From NCBI GenBank assembly GCA_030770535.1, contig JASVEC010000170.1, forward strand, positions 1-37,232: a stretch of 37,232 bases of DNA, given 5' to 3'. The stretch is from Batkoa obscura. Lineage: Eukaryota. This document shows positions 34,135 through 37,232 of this stretch, piece by piece (the first letter of the stretch is position 1; the number at the start of each line of letters is the position of its first letter). The notes below the pieces were generated by a model that saw only the letters and a program-made list of their open reading frames with translations, did no database searches and was not told the DNA's origin. A program made the translations under genes and the position numbers.

Positions 34135-37008
34135 TTAAAGTTCAAAGATAACGTCTTTAAACAGGTATAAAATACCAGCTCTAGGGGTAGAAATCACAGC
34201 CCAATTAGGTATATGTTCATTAATCTCTTGAATAGATGGAATGACTTTTGGATCATCATAAGTACATGTAAAACCTAATCTAATAGACTTTCGTGCATTT
34301 TTATCTTTTAAATAGTCAAAAGACACTTCAAATGGAAAATTGTAGTCTCTTCTCATTAAAATAATTTCATTCTCGTTATAATCGTCTATAGTTAATTCCT
34401 CTTGACTATTGTTAGAACCGATTGTTTTGATACTAATATTTTTGACATTTTGCTTATAGAAACTCAGTATACATATGTTACTTTTATATGCGTTTAATTG
34501 AACTCTTAGCTTATGCTGATTACTACTTGAAATATTTTCTTTTAAAGTAACATTAATAAGCTTGGAATTATCGATTGGAAAGGAAGGTTCAGGAGCATTA
34601 TAGTAATAAACATACTGACTTCCACTAGGTCTAATTTCTGATAGGGGATTATTCTTTGCAGATGGAATATTATTAATGATTTCTTTTAAATAAGAAGGAG
34701 AAGTAATTGAAGCATAAGAAGTATAGTTACTGTCAAAACTAAATGGATCTAAATTGTCCCTCATTAATTTGCACCCAATGTCTTCCGAAATACATTTATT
34801 CTGTCCAAAATGGTATACCAATGGTGCATTTTCACTTAATGGAAATTTCATTATAGTTAAAATCGAAATAATGACCCATAAACCTAAAAACCTAAATATC
34901 ATTTTTAAAGGAATTTTACCAATTAACTTTGGTATCAAATTAACTGATAATAAAGAAGATATTCCTCCCAAAAATGAAATAAAGTAATATACAATTGCTT
35001 TTTTAGTGCCAGTTGGGATCGTTTGTGTTAAGCCTGCAAATGCTGCTATTACTATTTCTTGATAAATCAGATTAGATAGTAGTACGATTAATAATTGTAG
35101 TACAGAATTAAAGACACTACTATTATCATTAGGGGCTTTGTCATTCAATTTAGCATTGCTTTCCTTCTTCTTACCAATACTTAAATTTGGATAATTGTAT
35201 TTGAATATTAAACCATGCGTTGTCGAGTATGCAAAATTCAATAAAGATAGGATACTTATAAAATACAAAGGACCTAATCTTTTGAGCAATACCAAAATAT
35301 TAAGAATGTTACACAATAACCAAAATAAGCTATTTGATTGAATTAAAATAGGCTCGATTAAATCAAACTGGCCATTATTTTCATACCATGACCATAAATA
35401 GATCGATAAACTTAAACATGATATTCCAAGGAATGAATAAGACGCAAATATATAATATGAGTAGCTATGCGCTGACATACCTTCTCCAGTAATCCAAAAT
35501 GCATTTGATATCATTGTTCCAGAAATATAAAGTAAAATAGCTAACAAAATAGCAACAAACCCACGAATAATAGGAAACACTGTTAATTTTACAGTTAAAA
35601 GCAATTTATCATCGTTTTTGTTCAAATTATGATTGATTGTTTTCACTATAATGAACAATGCTGATGCAAATTGTAAAAACGCTAATGCTACGCACAATTT
35701 AATATATGAATCAAACGAATACACCTTTGAAAAATAACCCAAAATATCGAAAAACACTCCACCATCTTCTGGTTCATTTAGCTTATCAATTTCATTTGAG
35801 TTTCCTAATGAATTGACTGCTGAACATACTGTTTCGCCAAATACTTTGAGAGATTCAAAATAAATTTTGGAAATGTCATCTTTATAAGTATGATAAAATG
35901 CTCTGTTTGAATAGATAGCAAAATCTACTCCTGGGATATTGGCATCAGTATAAATTTGAAAGTCAGTTCTGGAATTAATTAGTCTTAGCTTAAAAGCAGT
36001 AAACGCGATTACAGAACTATGCGGATGTGGTGAATTCGAAAATGCTTTGTTTATTACACTGCTTGATGATTGAAATAACATTCCTTTATTACCACTACCT
36101 GATGCTTCTAAGTTAATAAATCCCCTAACATCCTTTACCCATTCATGTAATAAAAATGTTCTTGATCCAAACAGCCCTTTTTCTTCTGCCGAATTAAAAT
36201 TGTAGATAAAATCAACTGTTTTGGGTGGATTTAATACACTTAACCTTAAAGATTCCAACAATGACACTACTGAGATACCATTGTCACTTGCACCATGACT
36301 AGTTGACTGTGAATCATAGTGGGCAGATAAAAGTAATGCTGGTTTATTATAACTTTTAATAGTATTGTTATTGTTGTTGTCATTTGATAAAGCGAATGAA
36401 AGAGGATGAACTCTTGCTAAAATATTACTTGACTCAAAATAGGAAGCATGATAGACTCTTGGTAATTTCATCTTATTTAGCATCTCTTCACCCAACATAT
36501 TAGTACTACGATCAAAATGAAATTCGATTATATTTTTGTTATGTAATCTTATTGATAATTCTTGTAAGGCTTTGATATAAGATATGATATACTCTTCTAC
36601 ATTTTTTATTTCATCAGTGTTATATGTATGTACCTTACTACCAAGTCTCAATAAATGGGAATATGCAAAATCAGTATCAAATCCGTTATCTTTTATCAAT
36701 TCATCAAAATTAAACTTATATTTGTAAACGTTATCTTCTGTTTCAATCGTTGATAAACTTATTTTGTTATTTAGAAAATTTTGATGCCAATCTTTCCAAT
36801 AGCTTGGTGATTCTTCTGGTAACACTAAAAAGTCAATTGCAATATGAAAAGTAAATAAATAGATTAACACAGTTAAACAAAATGTTATAAGTGAAATATT
36901 TCTTCTAAAAAAGCTTGAAATTATATTATCGGGTCCGCTATATTTCTTTTTATCCTCCACCTGCTGATCACCTTTCATTTGATTGTTGACTACTTTACGC
37001 TGCCTCAT
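34135..37008 (-). CDS. M28 family multi-pass membrane zinc metallopeptidase (ERMP1/FXNA/Pff1-like), 957 aa, intronless
   Basis: N-terminal TM segment, then LLSAHYDS, GASDNG, NSAEEKGLFGS, FINLEASG, TDFQIY and FYHTYKD, followed by multiple hydrophobic segments and a soluble C-terminal domain. Confidence 0.93.
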   Translation of the reverse strand: MRQRKVVNNQMKGDQQVEDKKKYSGPDNIISSFFRRNISLITFCLTVLIYLFTFHIAIDFLVLPEESPSYWKDWHQNFLNNKISLSTIETEDNVYKYKFNFDELIKDNGFDTDFAYSHLLRLGSKVHTYNTDEIKNVEEYIISYIKALQELSIRLHNKNIIEFHFDRSTNMLGEEMLNKMKLPRVYHASYFESSNILARVHPLSFALSNDNNNNNTIKSYNKPALLLSAHYDSQSTSHGASDNGISVVSLLESLRLSVLNPPKTVDFIYNFNSAEEKGLFGSRTFLLHEWVKDVRGFINLEASGSGNKGMLFQSSSSVINKAFSNSPHPHSSVIAFTAFKLRLINSRTDFQIYTDANIPGVDFAIYSNRAFYHTYKDDISKIYFESLKVFGETVCSAVNSLGNSNEIDKLNEPEDGGVFFDILGYFSKVYSFDSYIKLCVALAFLQFASALFIIVKTINHNLNKNDDKLLLTVKLTVFPIIRGFVAILLAILLYISGTMISNAFWITGEGMSAHSYSYYIFASYSFLGISCLSLSIYLWSWYENNGQFDLIEPILIQSNSLFWLLCNILNILVLLKRLGPLYFISILSLLNFAYSTTHGLIFKYNYPNLSIGKKKESNAKLNDKAPNDNSSVFNSVLQLLIVLLSNLIYQEIVIAAFAGLTQTIPTGTKKAIVYYFISFLGGISSLLSVNLIPKLIGKIPLKMIFRFLGLWVIISILTIMKFPLSENAPLVYHFGQNKCISEDIGCKLMRDNLDPFSFDSNYTSYASITSPSYLKEIINNIPSAKNNPLSEIRPSGSQYVYYYNAPEPSFPIDNSKLINVTLKENISSSNQHKLRVQLNAYKSNICILSFYKQNVKNISIKTIGSNNSQEELTIDDYNENEIILMRRDYNFPFEVSFDYLKDKNARKSIRLGFTCTYDDPKVIPSIQEINEHIPNWAVISTPRAGILYLFKDVIFEL

Positions 37009-37232
37009 TTTTATTTTTTTTTGAATGATTTTTTCTCCTTATATACTTATTTTCGCTTATTTTAATATTAGTTCAATAGTGCTGATGTAAGTCAACTCAA
37101 AATTACCTTTAGAATCAATCATGCAAATTCAGAACTTTAAAAATCAAGGATTTTAAATCTCGTATTACAGTTTAAATATTTAGATAATATACATTTATTT
37201 TCATAAGTTTATTTAACATATGGTGGTGTTTT

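Overview
Very AT-rich, intron-containing eukaryotic DNA. It is most likely fungal, possibly an early-diverging lineage (inferred from protein motifs and short 41-85 nt GT-AG introns). Host genes: a MiT/TFE-Rtg3-like bHLH factor (-), complex I 24-kDa subunit NDUFV2 (+), a roughly 25-intron HIR3/CABIN1 gene (-), an intronless RNAi-type RdRP with a DLDGD motif (-), two tandem hemerythrin-like (HHE) paralogues of which one has lost most metal ligands (-), and an intronless M28 ERMP1/Pff1-like membrane peptidase (-). Three repeat families are layered on this. (1) Two decayed copies of a 2.55-kb Sola2-like DDD DNA transposon (GGGG termini, ATAT TSD) in inverted orientation bracket NDUFV2-HIR3-RdRP. 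(2) About 13 copies or fragments of a 99-bp MITE with similar termini and 4-bp TSDs. (3) Four ~455-bp TG...CA solo-LTR-like elements. The most unusual observations are the same MITE at the identical nucleotide of both transposase copies but in opposite orientation, a homogenised ~455-bp inverted repeat about 2.3 kb upstream of the RdRP, GT/TACTAAC/YAG splice signals inside the MITE, and a sharp identity step between the two transposon copies. All alignments and counts were done by eye.
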